Virus record (IMG/VR): IMGVR_UViG_3300033076_000739
Location: 1-27,610 of that record
Direction: 5' to 3' (one strand)
Length of the DNA stretch: 27,610 nt
Origin: a virus
Taxonomy: Duplodnaviria; Caudoviricetes
Shown piece after piece: positions 27,107-27,610 of this stretch (position 1 is its first letter; each line of letters begins with the position of its first letter). The notes under the pieces were generated by a model. The model saw nothing but the letters and a program-made list of their open reading frames with translations. It was not told the DNA's origin and made no database searches. The position numbers and the translations under genes were made by a program.

Positions 27107-27610
27107 TTAAAATTCTTCATCAAAAATACCGTCCATTGTACTAGGTATGTCAACACGAGTGTACTCACCTTCTCTTTTTTCAAAGAAATTGTTTTTAGAT
27201 GATAACCCAATTCTTGACATGTATTCCAACGAATTACTTACTTTAAATTCTGTTTCACAACCAAAATCATTCAACACGATATCTGTTACATATTGAACAT
27301 AACGAATCATATCTTGTTTTGTCAAACCTTGCAATCCATCAGGCATACTTTCTTCTATGAAAGTTTTTTCAACTTCATAACAACTCAAAATAATGTTTCT
27401 AAGTTCTTCTTTAGAAAGCTTGTAATCATCTTTTAAGTAGTTGTTGTAAAGATTAAGTGCAAATTCATAGTGTGCTGTTTCATCACGAAGAATAAGTTCA
27501 TTCATCGCAGCCAAACCAGGCATTTTATTCCTACTTCTATACCAAAATACACCAGCAAATACCGAACTGAATGAAATACCTTCAACACAAGCAAAAGCCA
27601 TTAGTCTATG
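27107..27610 (-). CDS. nrdB: Ribonucleoside-diphosphate reductase class Ia beta subunit (C-terminal part; start outside window)
   Basis: VEGISFSSVF, NELILRDETAH (DExxH iron ligands), NFFEKR..EY and terminal FDEEF. Frame stays open to the window edge. Confidence 0.95.
   Translation of the reverse strand, partial: HRLMAFACVEGISFSSVFAGVFWYRSRNKMPGLAAMNELILRDETAHYEFALNLYNNYLKDDYKLSKEELRNIILSCYEVEKTFIEESMPDGLQGLTKQDMIRYVQYVTDIVLNDFGCETEFKVSNSLEYMSRIGLSSKNNFFEKREGEYTRVDIPSTMDGIFDEEF

Noticed and set aside
2716-27110. Numerous short plus-strand ORFs (60-140 aa) and minus-strand 13646..13873
   Set aside because: They overlap long, motif-bearing genes and have no recognisable features, as expected for antisense or out-of-frame shadows.
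24938-27610. Intron, intein or homing endonuclease in nrdA/nrdB
   Set aside because: The ORFs are continuous and compact, with no insertion or splicing motifs in the visible part.

Overview
AT-rich, densely coding fragment that is almost certainly from a large contractile-tailed (myovirus-like, probably jumbo) bacteriophage. All credible genes lie on the minus strand. Reading right to left: a class Ia ribonucleotide reductase pair (nrdB partial, nrdA), an intrinsic terminator, then a ~24.6 kb baseplate/tail module. That module holds a gp25-like and a gp6/BplJ-like wedge gene, a small membrane protein, a 1354-aa SprB-repeat protein, several uncharacterised virion proteins, a P2 gpI/gp7-like protein, an orphan minimal nucleotidyltransferase, a YadA-like repeat fibre and two paralogous tail-collar-like proteins. 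The window ends in the start of a RuvC-like resolvase. SprB-like repeats, a TAnnTTTG promoter element and A/T-rich initiation regions lacking Shine-Dalgarno sites suggest a Bacteroidota host (inference). The most notable items are the orphan MNT translationally coupled inside the tail operon, a recurring ATATTTATA motif upstream of structural genes (it contains the reverse complement of the T4 late promoter), and a virion protein combining a tape-measure-like hydrophobic segment with SprB repeats. All family calls come from motif recognition by eye; no searches were run.
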